Below, in pieces: positions 12,151 to 25,301 of a stretch of 64,000 nt of DNA. Each line of letters opens with the position of its first letter. The stretch's first letter is position 1. Origin of the DNA: Octopus sinensis. Lineage: Eukaryota. The stretch lies in contig NC_043006.1 in NCBI RefSeq assembly GCF_006345805.1, positions 92,132,001-92,196,000 on the forward strand, read 5' to 3'. The notes below the pieces were generated by a model, which had not been told where the DNA came from, searched no databases, and saw nothing but the letters and a program-made list of their open reading frames with translations. Made by a program: the position numbers and the translations under genes.

Positions 12151-13277
12151 TTCAGAAGTTTTATTTTTATAGCGTGCTTTCACTTCACTACCGAGCGCAG
12201 CTCTGTGTGCCTCGGGTATGTGCTGTGATTTGTTGTGATGCTCTGATGGTTATTGTATGGAAAGTGTTCTGCGTAGGATGTGTGCAGTGCCTAGTAGTGC
12301 AATTCTCTGTATGTTATATGTGTTTGTAAGTCCTGGTGTTTTTGTTATGTATTTGTCTGAATATTTTTTTATCATGCCTAATGCACCTACTATGATAGGG
12401 ATTGTTTCGGTTTTTAGATTCCACATTCTGGTTACCTCTATTTCCAGGTCTTTGTATTTTGAAAGTTTCTCTATTTCTTTTAGAGAAACGTTGTCATCTG
12501 CAGGTATTGATACTTCAATTAGAAAGTATTTTTTTCTTCAAGATCTCTGACAACTATATCTGGTCTGTTGGCCTTAATTTCTCTATCTGTGTGTATCGGC
12601 ATATCCCAGAGTATGGTCACTTTCTCGTTTTCTGTGACCTTTTCTGGTGTGTGCCTATACCATCTTTTTTCTGTTGTTATTCCATAATGTTGGCATAGCT
12701 TCCAGTGTATGTAGGTCCCAACTCTGTCATGTCTGTGAATATATTCCTTCTTAGCCAGGACTGGGCAGCCAGAGATAATATGATTTATTGTTTCTTGTCC
12801 ATCTCCACATATTCTGAAGTTACTTGTTATATTTCTTTTCATTACATGTTTTTGGTAATTTCTGGTGGGGAGGCTTTGGTCTTGTGCTGCAATTAAATAT
12901 CCCTCTGTCTCTGCTTTGAGTCCTGAGCTTCTCAACCATTGCAGGGATTTTTCTTTGTCTATTTCTTTTGGATTTAGTTTAGTCCAGTATTTACCATGAA
13001 GGGGCTTTTCTTGCCATCATTTAATCATGGTTCTTTGCTGTTCTAGTTTTAGCTTGATTTCATTTGTTTTATAGCTTTTGTTGTTTCTTCATCTTCTTCT
13101 TCTTCATATTTGTTAGGTGGTATGATTTCTTGTTTGTATTTGTCAGCTTCCTTAAATACTGAGAACAATTTTTTGTTTTGCTCGTGTTTTGCCGCTATTT
13201 GTATCAGTTTTCCTTCCTTCTGAAGTAGATATTTTTGCAGTCCTATGGTGGTTATTTTATAGTAGTTTTCCAGCTGT
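12149..13277 (-). mobile_element. 5'-truncated R4/Dong-like LINE (linker, zinc-knuckle region, REL endonuclease, 3'UTR) in (TAA)n
   Basis: ORF 12519-12935 reads SSGLKAETEGYLIAAQDQSLPTRNY...ICG...HIISGCPVLAKKEYIHRHD...ILWD...RPDIVV, continuing by frameshift to TIPIIVGALG...GTAHILRRTLSIQ. ATT repeats on both sides. Confidence 0.9.
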
Positions 13278-13367
13278 ATTATTATTATTATTATTAATAT
13301 TATTATTATAATATTATTATTATTATTATTATTATTATATTATTATTATTATTATATTATTATATTA

Positions 13368-13399
<32 letters not shown>

Positions 13400-13406
13400 T
13401 ATTATA

Positions 13407-13446
<40 letters not shown>

Positions 13447-13555
13447 TATTATTATTATTATTATTATTATAATTATTATTATTATTCTTATATATTATTA
13501 TTAATATTATTATTATTAATATTATTATTATTATTATTAATATTATTATTATTAA

Positions 13556-13595
<40 letters not shown>

Positions 13596-13662
13596 ATTAT
13601 TATTATTATTATATTATTATTATTATAATATTATATTATTATATTAATATTATTATTATTAA

Positions 13663-13693
<31 letters not shown>

Positions 13694-13694
13694 A

Positions 13695-13732
<38 letters not shown>

Positions 13733-13760
13733 TATATTATTATTTATTATTATTATATAT
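13278..13760. repeat. ~480-bp imperfect (ATT)n array
   Basis: Direct reading; it abuts the 5' junction of the Dong-like copy. Confidence 0.95.
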
Positions 13761-15021
13761 AATAAGTTTTCAACATATGATATTTTGAGGCAAATTTGTT
13801 ATTGCTTCACCTGCTAGACCTCCGAGATACTGGGACATTCATCTTGTACAAACGGCTGTCATTCGCGGTATCCAGTGTGATGTCGTAATAAACCTTAGTC
13901 TTCGAGTCCCTAAAGACAATCACTCACGCCTGCCCTTCTTAACCTGGGTACTCAAAGTCAGCTCAGAGTAGACAGAGCTAGAACTCAGTTTACAATTGAG
14001 CAGACTGAATCAAAGCGAGCTTTGTTTAAATGACTTTATAATCACAGGCTAAACACCCAAAGCACCAGGACACGTGACATAAGTTCACATCACTGAGGGT
14101 GGATTCGCCTTTCCTCATCCTATTGTCAGCGAAATAAACTTCCTTTCAAGTAATTGATCCATTGAAATCTAGGAACGCACTGCTGCACATGGGATCTTGT
14201 GAAAATGTAAATCTTTATTTAGTCTCATATTTTGACTTTCTCTTCCCAAATCTTGAACGCAGGAGGCTTGGCCTTCATCCTTCCGCACTGAAGGAAATTA
14301 GTTCAGTCAAGTACTAAATCGATTTAATCGAGTGTAAACGCTGCAAAAATACGCAACTTTGTCCCAGTCATATAAATCAATAAAATATTAATGCATAAAC
14401 TATCATTCTATAGTAGTAGAAATGGTAACATATTCATTAATCCAAGCAGTGTTCTATTGTTGTATTAGAGGAGGTACTACAATATTTTGTGAACACCAGT
14501 GCATCATGACATGATACAAAAATATTCCGATTTTCGCCCCGTTTTTGACATTTCGCTTCATAGTCTTTGACAGGCATATTATAAGAATATATTTTGATGT
14601 CATATCGGATTTGTTTTCAAATTTTAAATGCGAACACAAACGTCAACATGTATATATATTCCTAGTGTCTAAAAATATATATTCTGTTAATTCTCTCATA
14701 TTTATTTATTCATTTCTTTATTTCTACTCCGCAATTGATCGAAAATAGCATCGTTCGTCACAAATTTCAGACTTGCCACTCACTGTTTGGTTATAGTATC
14801 CAAATCCGGACTAACAATGAAGTATCTGTGTAATTCGGTTACAGAAACAAATAAAGAACTCATTGCTTGCTTTTGTCACCACCTCTTAAGATTTTGGTCG
14901 ATAAACATCGGTAAACTGTGGTCCACAGTTCGATTTCACAGCGATCGGTTATCTGTTACAAACATACGCAAATACACACACACACAAATACACACACACG
15001 CATACATGCTTGCATACATAT

Positions 15022-15243
15022 ATACATCGGCTCTCATGGCGTCTAATCTTAAATGATTCGAAGTGTTATCATGTACATGTTTCGTCTTGGTATAATTTAT
15101 GTGCTATAGCAAATATGGTTGTGATGAATGTGCCTTATCAAACCCTGGTGTACCCTTGTCAGACGGATAGTCATGATGGATATATTAGGCTTCGTATATT
15201 TTATCCCAGTATCACTTAGATGGCATACACTGCTCTCTCACTC

Positions 15244-15313
<70 letters not shown>

Positions 15314-15866
15314 GCCCTGATGCAGTACCAGGCAGTGGCTCTCATGGCTTCTGATCTTAACTGATTGGAAGTGTTATCATGTACATTGTTTTGTCTTGGT
15401 ATAAAAGATGGGCTACAGCAAATATTCTGCTCAATACCACAGATTTGCTTGTCAGTTGTTTGACCTTAACCAGTTGAGCATGTCCCTTAGTGGCTGACGA
15501 TATGTGCATCTCTGATCACGAGCAGAAGTAGTGGGGGAGCATCATAGCCATGTGTTGAGAGGGATGCTTTGGGGTTGAATAGTTCACCTCTGGAAACATG
15601 GGTGGTTCTTTCAACATCCTTAAACAACCCTTATTCGGGGACCGTTTGAGCGGGATGGGCTACTCAACCTGAAGAAAATTCAAACTGGGCCCCACCTGCA
15701 AGGTCATGTGCTGTTTATCTTGATATGAGATCACCATGTCGCGCACATATGGTTGTGATGCATGTGCCTGGTGTACCTTTATCAGACGGGTAGTCATGAT
15801 GGGTATATTGGGCTTCGTATATTTTACCCCAGTGTCACTTTGATGGCATGAACTGCTCTCTCACTC

Positions 15867-15906
<40 letters not shown>

Positions 15907-16439
15907 GCCCTGATGCAGTACCAGACAGTGACTCTCATGGCTTCTGATCTTAACTGATTTGAAGTGTTATCATGCACATTGTTTTGTCTTAGTATAAAAG
16001 CTGGGCTACAGCAAATATTCTGCTCAATACCACAGATTTGTTTGTCAGTTGTTTGACGTTAACCAGTTGACCATGACTTTAGTGGCTGACGATATGTGCA
16101 TCTCTGATCACGAGCAGAAGTAGTGAGGGAGCATGATAGACGTGTGTTGAGAGGAATTCTCAGGGGTTTGGATAATTCACCTTTGGAAAAATGGGTGGTT
16201 CCTTCAACATCCTTAAACAATCCTTATTCAGGGACCTTTTGAGCGGGATGGGCTAATCGATCAGAAGAAAATTCTAACTGGGCCCCACCTGCAAGGTCAT
16301 GCGCTGTTTATATTAATATGAGATCACCATGTCGCGCACATATGGTTGTGATGCATGTGCCTGGTGTACTCTTATCAGACTGGGCTTCGTATATTTGTAT
16401 CCTAGTGTCACTTTGATGGCATGCACTGCTTTCTCACTC
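15022..16439 (+). mobile_element. Tandem array of three copies of a ~550-bp non-coding element separated by (TAA)n
   Basis: Units 15022-15243 (internally deleted), 15311-15866 and 15904-16439. Full units start aatgccctgatgcagtacc and all end ctctcactc followed by (AAT)n. Confidence 0.85.
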
Positions 16440-16526
<87 letters not shown>

Positions 16527-16544
16527 TATTATTATTATTATTTT

Positions 16545-16958
16545 GTGGCTGTGTCGTAAGTAGCTTGCTTACCAACCACATGGTCATGGGTTCATCCCCC
16601 CTGCGTGGCACCTTAGGTAAGTATCTTCTACTATAGCCTCGAGCCGACCAAAGCCTTGTAAGTGGATTTGATAGAGAGAAACTGGAAGAAGTGTGTATGT
16701 ATATATTATATATGTATATGTGTGTGTGTGTGTGTGTGAGTGTGTGTGTGTGTGTATGTTTGTGTGTCTGTGTTTGTCCCCCAGCATCGCTTGACAACCG
16801 ATGCTGGTGTGTTTACGTCCCCGTTACCGAGCGGATCGGCAAAAGAGATCGATAACATAAGTACTAGGCTTACAAAGTATAAGCTCTGGGGTCGATTTGC
16901 TCGACTAACGGCGGTGCTCCAGCATGGTCGCAGTCACATGACTGAAACAAGTAAAAAA
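16545..16958 (+). mobile_element. SINE family A
   Basis: gtggctgtgtcgtaagtagcttgc ... gactgaaacaagtaaaa. Confidence 0.85.
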
Positions 16959-18845
16959 ATATCCTTCTCCTTTACGAGATCCGCTTTACTTTATTGTCAC
17001 TTTCATGTTTTTACTCTTATTCACACTTGCTTATTGTTTGTTTTGTTGCTGGCGACAGAATGGTTTTATTATTAGTCTACCCTATATATGGAAGGGCGCA
17101 CATTTCTTTGCAAGTTGGTTGAAGTGCCATTTTATCGTGTAAAACATCAAAGATTATGTAACTTTCCCTCGGAACTTCTACATGCAGTGGCAATAAAAAC
17201 ACAATGGTACCCAAACAGTTGTAATTATTAAATATGTGCTAAATATGTGTTACATTTAGATATATGTATGTGTTTGTGTGTGATTGTGTGTGTGCGTGTG
17301 TGCGTGTGTGCGTATGTGTGTTTGTGTGGGGGTATTGTACGTATTGAGTGTTAAAAGATGACTGTAGCATTTTATTATGCCCACAATAGACGGCATGTTT
17401 CTTTATCAGGCAAAGCTTATACCATGTGTAATATTTATATACTTTTTTCGAATATAATACTTATTTCAGAATGAATTCCGTCGCAGTTCTGTGATACGTA
17501 ACGTAATCATAACTTCCAGTTTGTGAAGCAGATACTTTGTGGTACATATTTTCCTCAACGTAAGAGTATGTTCACTAAATGTTGCTAAAGTTAGTTAATA
17601 TTTTCGATAAATTTACTGCAAATTAAAATCTACCTAGAAATAATTATCCATGGAGGAAAAGATAATATTAATCAATTTTAAATATTGCATTTGTTTTTAT
17701 CAGTGGAGCACGGATGGAGATTCCGCTTGTATTTCGTCCTTATTCAGATATCTTCAGCAACACGTATTCTTCTCTATCTTTCTCAGATATACGATAAGAG
17801 CATCAATAATTAGATATACTAAATTGTACATTATTTGTCGAAAGCGCAATTGCCTGAGCATCATCGGAAGTGATTATAATAAATTTAGTTCTTAATAAAC
17901 TTTTCTAATCTGCTTTAAATTATATAAATTTGAAATATATTTTCAAACTGTGAGCTTGTGTGCTTAAGATATAGTCGAGTTATTTTAATTTTATTGATTC
18001 AAACATTTGTAGATAAGAAATATTTTTATAGCAAACTAGTTAAAAATGACTACGTTTCCATGACTAAATTTCATGCTGTATAATGCGTTTACCAGATGGA
18101 TGTGATTAGAGTGAAAGTTTTTATGCGTAGGGTTATGTTAATGAATTTTTGTTCAGGAGATATTTTGTCATGTGTATTTAAAAATCACAATGTTTGGTCC
18201 AGTAAAGCGTTATAATAAATACGTTTATAATGAAATGCAAGTCTACAGCAACTTATTAAAATGCATTTGAGCACTGAGATCTATTATTCTTTCTTTTTGT
18301 AAATGATTGTTTTGAAATTATCTTCAATCGATCTCCAGTGTTTATTGCTTAATATTCAAATGAGTTTTTGGAATGCTATATTTCAGATAGATAAAAATCA
18401 TATTTTCTCTATGAAATATGATGTATAAACATACTCAAAATATCAACAATGTGTTCTGTTGCCGTTGTAGTCGCAGCAGCTACATACCATTTACTTTCTG
18501 TTTTCTGTTCAGGGAAAAATAAGATAAATGTCATTTTCCAAATATCGATATCCAACAACTAGTTGCTATAGCATTTTACAATACAATTTCTCTTCATTGG
18601 ACACTTATAAGGCTCGAAAGAAATGTCAGAATATTGCATCCATAGAAATTCCTCGGCTTTATGAGTTTCTCAAATAGGAGACTGACGTGATGCGAAGTTT
18701 TCTACGGCATAAGATTTATTATCAACAAAATTGACACACACAAACACAAAGCCACACATATGCACATGCGTGCGCGTATGATGTACAATATGCCAGCTCA
18801 CAGCACCACTATCAACACCATTCATATCAACATTAATTTCTTTAG

Positions 18846-18973
18846 TGTTGCATATGAACACAACGTTTTCGAAGCATATAAAATGAATTATGGTGAGATG
18901 AAGAAAGACGCTTCCATATTTACTTTGCAAGAAAGCAAATATGATAAGATCGAGTATAAAACTTTCAGCACAG
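18846..18973 (+). CDS. Candidate internal coding exon, possibly a Cys-loop ligand-gated channel extracellular exon (loop B to loop C)
   Basis: Acceptor cattaatttctttag|, donor CAG|gtatgt, 128 nt, open as (S)VAYEHNVFEAYKMNYGEMKKDASIFTLQESKYDKIEYKTFST(G). It resembles GlyR/GABA-A segments SFGY, F-x-L-x-E-x-K and K-x-[FY]-x-TG. The family call is tentative. Confidence 0.4.
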
Positions 18974-19303
18974 GTATGTCCACGAGCACATCTCTTTGCA
19001 GAAGCTCTTAGAATTTTTTAACGGTTGATGATTAATAAACCACATATTAAACGAATATTAACACTAATTTGTGATCATGAGGCATAAACAATTCCTCTCA
19101 TATATCAAATTACATCGTTGGTAAGCACACACATTCATTTAGAAATACACACACCCAACTTAGACACATACAGACACTATATATATATATATATATATAT
19201 ATACAGTTCATTAATGGATACATAAATAGTTATGTTTAATATAAATATACATACATGCTTATATATGTACATATCTGGAAATCCATATAGGCACAGAAAC
19301 CTA

Positions 19304-19335
<32 letters not shown>

Positions 19336-19455
19336 GGCATATACACACATTTACATACATATGTGCATCGATACACATCTATGTATACACATACACACAC
19401 AAACACTCACACATCTATTATATATATATATACAGTTACATACATAAATGCATCG

Positions 19456-19562
<107 letters not shown>

Positions 19563-19566
19563 TTTG

Positions 19567-19597
<31 letters not shown>

Positions 19598-19956
19598 CTA
19601 TATTACATGTATATTCGATAAACTGTTCATAATCTGTTTACGTATTAACATACAATGAATGTATACATCATTCATTCTTATGAAATTCTTAGAGCTTCTT
19701 TGATACCTTATCTACTTCGCGTTTCGAGTTAGAAGTTGATTAAACAGGGGACAACTGATGAAAGGATTGTTCTTTATGTTGCCTGTCTCGTTTCTTTAGT
19801 TGTTTCTATCGTTGTTCGAAAAATGTCCGTTTTCCAAGTTTTTGTTTTTTTATGTTCTCGTTTTTCATTTTGTTAACGTTTTTTTGACATCCTGTAGGCA
19901 TATATCCATGTATATATACTCATATATGTGGGTATGTACATATATGTATGTATATA

Positions 19957-19995
<39 letters not shown>

Positions 19996-20494
19996 TATAT
20001 ATATATTATATATATTATTATATGATCGAACACAACGCATCCATTTCCAAGTAAGTTTTATCTATCTGTCTACCTATGTATCTATCTACATACATACATA
20101 TATGTGTGGGTATATATGTGTGGTGTATGTGAGCGTCTGTGTGTATATGTGTAAGTGTATTACGTGAATTTAGAAATTTTTAAGCTTTAAAAAATTGGAT
20201 GAACTTGCAATGATTGAACTTGCAAATTTGAATTTACGTGTGGTAAATTTATAGCAATTTTACTTAGTTATGCGATTTCCGATGTCAATATACACTTATT
20301 TTCTGTTTGCAGACATTCAGTTCATCTGAAAAACTCCTAAACCTTATTAATTATGAAACATGAAATATGAAGATAACAAAATATATATCACTCATTTACT
20401 TGCGCTTCTGAGTTATGTATGTATGTATATATATATATATACGCATACATATATACATACATATATACATATATATATATAAATATATATATAT

Positions 20495-20542
<48 letters not shown>

Positions 20543-20759
20543 GTGTGTGTGTGTGTGTGTGTGATATAATGTAATTTAAGTGGCAATAAACATGATTTAT
20601 CCAGATTCTTTAATGAACGAATTCCTTTATCAGTGACACATTTTAAATATCGTTAAAGAACAGATGTTCGGCATCAATGAGATTCTTAGTGTGAAACTAT
20701 AGAACCATAAACCTCAGGAATAATATCAATCGCGTATATTTTAATTCTGAAAGCTATAA

Positions 20760-21170
20760 AAAAGACAAATGTTTGCTAATGATGACACAGCTAGCCCCAC
20801 TATGCGGTAGTGTTTAAATGACTTGCTAGAGATAACTGTCAACTTCTCAAATTTAGCAAGAAATGTGTCTTTTGGCTCACTGCAGAAAAGAAATGTTAGA
20901 TGGCCACGGCTGGAATCGGTTTCATTATAACTCTTCTTAACACAAGCTGACCTGTCGGTAAACATAATGAAGAGCCACCGGAATATGTGAAGCATCTGAG
21001 AGTAATTTTAGAGAAACGATTGAAGTTTCTACGAGCGACAAAGATTCTCAATCAATATGGCAAAAAGAAATTCCACACGACAGGATTGGATGGTCACAAG
21101 CTAAATCCATTTAATCATAATTCTGCTCGATCAGAGCTAATCTGGAGATTAACATAAAAGAGAAAAACAA
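20760..21170 (+). pseudogene. Possible decayed FLYWCH/WRKY-like zinc-finger segment of a Mutator-type transposon
   Basis: One frame with stops: CVFWLTAEKKC*MATA...KHNEEPP...LRVILEKRLK, loosely matching W-x-C...C-x-A...HNH-x-P. Confidence 0.25.
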
Positions 21171-21305
21171 CTTTAAACGTAAAATATTAACGAGGAATAT
21201 TAAAAACAGATTTGACATCTGAATCAACGAAACACTCCTAAAAAGTAATTTCTCGGATTCCTAAGAGAATAAAATTTACATATATTCGAATCAATATTAT
21301 CTATA

Positions 21306-22900
21306 CTAGCAAAAAACCACCCTCCGGGCGGTTTTCTGCTATTAATATTTCCACATTTGATTTCCAGTTATAATAACTTTTATATTTTATGTCTATTTAT
21401 TTCTTTTTATAATAGTTCTCACTTAATTAGTAAATATAGCTTTCATTACTTTATCACAGTCATAATCTCCCTTTTTTATGTAAATTTATCATTAATAATT
21501 GGTAGAACTTAAATAGGTGTAGATAGATAGATAGACAGGTGGATGAATGGATGGATGGTTGGATGGATGGATACACACACACTCGCATACAGAAAAGTCT
21601 GGCGTTGCGAGAACACATAGGAATGACGTTTCCTTACTTCTTCAAATATACCCAAATTTAAAATGATCTACTATAACGATAGCATTCATTCGGCAAGTGT
21701 TGAAATATGCTAAAACAATTTCATTCCACACAAATACATCTTGCTTTACATATAATATATGTGTTAACGCTATTTACTGAAACTTCCTACAAAGCATATT
21801 TTACTTTCAAGTAGTATCTCATTGTAGACACAATTGTCAGTAATCATACTGTTTCCATTTCTCTCAGCTAATATTTTTTACATTAGCCGTCTTTCGAACT
21901 CTAGATAATGCGGCATACACCTGAGCAAGTGAGAAGAATTGTGCCGGAAGATATATTCCAATTTGTTCAAAAGTCTGTCCCTGTGCTTTGTTGCGCGTCA
22001 AGGCAAAAGCTGGCTTGACAGGAAAGTATTTGCGTGTAGATGCAAAGGGACATTCCATTTCTTGAGATACATTTCTTGGGATTTCTTGCAGAGTTGATCT
22101 TGCATAAGGGCCAGAAGCAATCTCAGCCTCAACAACATGATCATGTAAACTGACAATGATGTAGCGTGTGCCGTTGCAATGTCCTTTTGTAGCATCTAAA
22201 TTTCTCAGAAGCACTATGCACTGTTTTTTCTTCAGTTTGAGAATGTGTGGTGGAAACCCCGATGCTGTAAGTTTATTGGTAAACTCGATTCGGTACTGAA
22301 TTTCATTATCCACTGTATCTAAGCTTCTGTACATGTTTAGCTCACCATGGATGCTGGTCAACAGAAGATCATTCACAAATTGTGCTGCTTCATTTGTTGG
22401 AGTAATGATGATTCTATTTGCAAGCCACACAGGGTTTGTGAAATTATTTTTGAGGTCAGCATATACAAAATCACATAGATCTGAAAGAGTACCACTTTCA
22501 AGGCAAGAGTCATTGGGTAGTTTGATTTCGAATTCACCTAGGTTTTGTTCAGCAGAAATGATACCATTTCCTACATCAAGAAGGTAAATAGAAAACTCTT
22601 TTTCATCAGAATGACTTTTGGTTGTCAACTCCACTACTTCCACATGATCGCAGAGAAAAGATCGCTTTAGTGTTGCATCAACAACAATTTGAGATCTGAC
22701 ACCATTATTTTGAAGTAGAACATTCTCCTCTCGGGATACTCTAACCAGTCGGTCATGTGTAGCAGAGGCAGAATGATGTCTACGTCTCTGTGCCTATTCA
22801 GGCATCTGTTTCAGTCGCTTTGCCCTGGATTCATCTGATTCTGTTCCCTGCCGTTGTGCCTTTCCTGCTATTTTTTTTTATTTTTCAGTCGCATATTATA
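21306..22900 (-). mobile_element. Internally deleted Helitron with a PIF1-like helicase C-terminal remnant
   Basis: 3' hairpin aaaaccgcccggagggtggtttt followed by CTAG|T at 21306. ORF 21864-22643 has IITPTN, PPHILKLKK, LLRNLD..KGHCNGTRY, FPVKPAFALTRNKAQGQT and QVYAALSRV. The 5' boundary is approximate. Confidence 0.85.
21864..22870 (-). pseudogene. Helitron RepHel helicase remnant
   Basis: SF1B/PIF1 C-terminal helicase motifs. Upstream, TLKRSFLCDHVEVVELTT is joined to an N-terminal-like basic segment (RAKRL...QRRR); Rep and N-terminal helicase motifs are absent. Confidence 0.85.
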
Positions 22901-23261
22901 TATAAATGAAAGCTTGTTTAGCGTGCTAGAAATAGCAGCCACCACATAGCTATTATCGTAAGGCTTATAGCGTTCCAAGTAGCCATACCAAGAAAATCAC
23001 TTCTTCATTAAAAATAAATTATACTGGTATATTAACGAATTTTCATTTTATTTAACAAACTCCGAAAACTGATAATATTCTGAAAATTGCGCCTCGTATC
23101 AAAGTTGTACAGTTATTTTGTGTAATAGCATGCATTCATTTAACATAAAATCAATCAGAATTTACACCGGTATATTAAAACACCTTCATTTTATCAAAAA
23201 ATATCTCTTTAACAAACACCGGAAACTGATAATATTCTTGAAATTATGTCTTGTATCAAAG

Positions 23262-23294
<33 letters not shown>

Positions 23295-23295
23295 A

Positions 23296-23467
23296 TATAA
23301 AATATTATTCGAGACAAAACCACTATTTTGCAAAACAAACAAGGAAAGACTTAATCAATACATAAATTTTAATAAATAGTCAAAAAATTATTAAAATTTA
23401 TGTATTGATTAAGTCTTTCCTTGTTTGTTTTGCAAAATAGTGGTTTTGTCTCGAATAATATTTTATA
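23296..23467. repeat. Perfect fold-back inverted repeat (80-bp arms, 12-nt loop)
   Basis: 23296-23375 is the exact reverse complement of 23388-23467; loop atagtcaaaaaa; next to (TA)n. Confidence 0.95.
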
Positions 23468-23749
23468 ATATTTTACTATAAAATCGATTTAATCCTAAAT
23501 CTGATTTTTTCCCTGTAAATTTGGATTTATTCCCTAATATTTATTATTATTATATATATATATATATATATATCAAAGATATATATAGCGATTATTGAAT
23601 TATCATTAAGGAAAACATAGGCGAGTGAGAGTGAGAGACTGTTGCAAATAAAAACACAAAATGTTGCCTGCAACGAATTCATAGTTTTTATTATTAAACA
23701 TTAAAATCTTCTCCGCCATGAAAAATTGAACGCAGTGAATGCAATGAAT

Positions 23750-24245
23750 ATTTAGATTTGCGAGGATTTGGAGTTAAAAAATTCAATAAACTTTAGAAAT
23801 CGAAATCATAGGCAATTTCTTAGAACATTGAATTTATAAAAATATTTCCAGATGGTCAAGCTTTTAATATTGCCTTTTTTTTAGTACTTTTAGTAATTGT
23901 TACATACCTAATTAATAAGTAGCCTTCCTCATTATAGTATAGACCAGCAGAAAGACCACCCTCTGGAGGGGTTTCTGTTCGTCTCTTGATAATATTTTCA
24001 CGTTTGATTCCGAGTTATAATAATATTTATGATATTTTATGTTGAATTGCAAAATTCTAATGTGTGATAACGAAATCAAACATGGAGTGTGTGTGTGTGT
24101 GTGTGTGTTTATATTAGAGAGACAATGTATGCTTGGAACATGAATTTATTAAAAACATTCCAGACGGTCAAGCCTTTAATAATTGCTTTCTCTTAGTAAC
24201 GGTTGCATACCTAATTAACCAGCAGCCTTCTCCATTGCAATATAT
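23750..24245. repeat. Diverged local duplication containing a second Helitron-like 3' end
   Basis: 23815-23940 resembles 24135-24240. 23945-24040 (ccagcagaaagaccaccctctggaggggtttc) resembles the Helitron terminus at 21306-21400. Confidence 0.55.
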
Positions 24246-24316
24246 TTATATTTGTATTCCACAAATCCAAACTATCCAGTGTATTAATACGATTACACAT
24301 ATTTTGGACAGGTATA

Positions 24317-24710
24317 GGCGCAGGTGTGGCTGTGTGGTAAGAAGTTTAATTCCCAACTATACGGTTCGGGGTTCAGTCCTACTTCATGTCACATCAGGCA
24401 TATGTCTTCTACTATATATAGCCTCGGGCTGACCAAAGCCTTGTGAGTGGATTTGGTTGACGGAAATTGAAAGAACCCCGTACTATTCATATATTTATTT
24501 GTGTGTGTGTGTCTATGTGCTTTTCTCCACCACCGCTTGACAACCGGTGTTGGCATGTTTGCGTCCTCGTGACCTAGCGGTTCGGCAAAAGTGATCATTA
24601 AAATAAATGCCAAGCTTAAAAAAGGAAGTACTGTAGTCGATTCGTTTTGACTAAAACTTCAAGGCAGTGCACCAGCATGGCCACAGTCTACTGACCGAAA
24701 CAAGTAAAAG
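24317..24710 (+). mobile_element. SINE family A
   Basis: ggcgcaggtgtggctgtgtggtaag ... gaccgaaacaagtaaaag. Confidence 0.85.
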
Positions 24711-25255
24711 GCAAACGTAACTTAATATTCAACGATGAAACAAGTCTTTCATTATGTATGCCCACACACCGTTGTGATCCGTATTTGAAGCAGTTGTCAT
24801 CATTGACCGGATTTAAGGTAGGAAACTTTAGTTCCAACTTAAAATAAATAAAGTTTGTATCAATAGTCCGTCTGTTACTACGTCATTTACGATAATCTAC
24901 GAAAAAGCGTATCTTACACATGTATAAGTAAAGAATTGGGTTCTTTTGTTTTCCATTTGATTACGTCATTATTTTATGCTTAATTAGATTTATTCTGTTA
25001 ATTTTGAATTAATTTTGTTAATTTCTGTGTTGGATTAGTCGTTGAAGATATTAAGTCCTACTGCATGACACCTTGAGCAAGTGTCTTCTACAATAGCTGC
25101 TGGAAAGCCTTGCGAGTGTATTTAGCAGAGAGAAACCATTTAGGGAATACTGCTCTAGATTATGAGATATTTAATCCAGAGAAATATAGGTTATTTAAAG
25201 AAAACAGAGAGAGAGAGAGAGAGAGCGAGAGAAAGAGAGAGGGAGAGAGAGAGAG

Positions 25256-25301
<46 letters not shown>

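Noticed and set aside
14040-14130. Possible HDV-like ribozyme (minus strand ggCGAAtccacc)
   Set aside because: No upstream partner for P2, and no P1/P3/L3 arrangement found.
14796-14909. Open AG..GT segment with CFCHHL resembling a GPS motif
   Set aside because: Lacks the conserved Trp/GC context, has a weak acceptor, and no 7TM exons were found.
15022-16439. CRISPR-like repeat/spacer interpretation of the TAA-separated array
   Set aside because: The units are ~550-bp paralogous copies with microsatellite spacers in eukaryotic DNA; there are no unique spacers or cas genes.
17470-17559. Well-bounded segment that might be a decayed Cys-loop exon
   Set aside because: Three in-frame stops and neither Cys present; the similarity is not distinguishable from chance.
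19700-19830. CTGATGA and cgcgtttcg motifs close together
   Set aside because: The two halves are on opposite strands, so no hammerhead folds on either strand.
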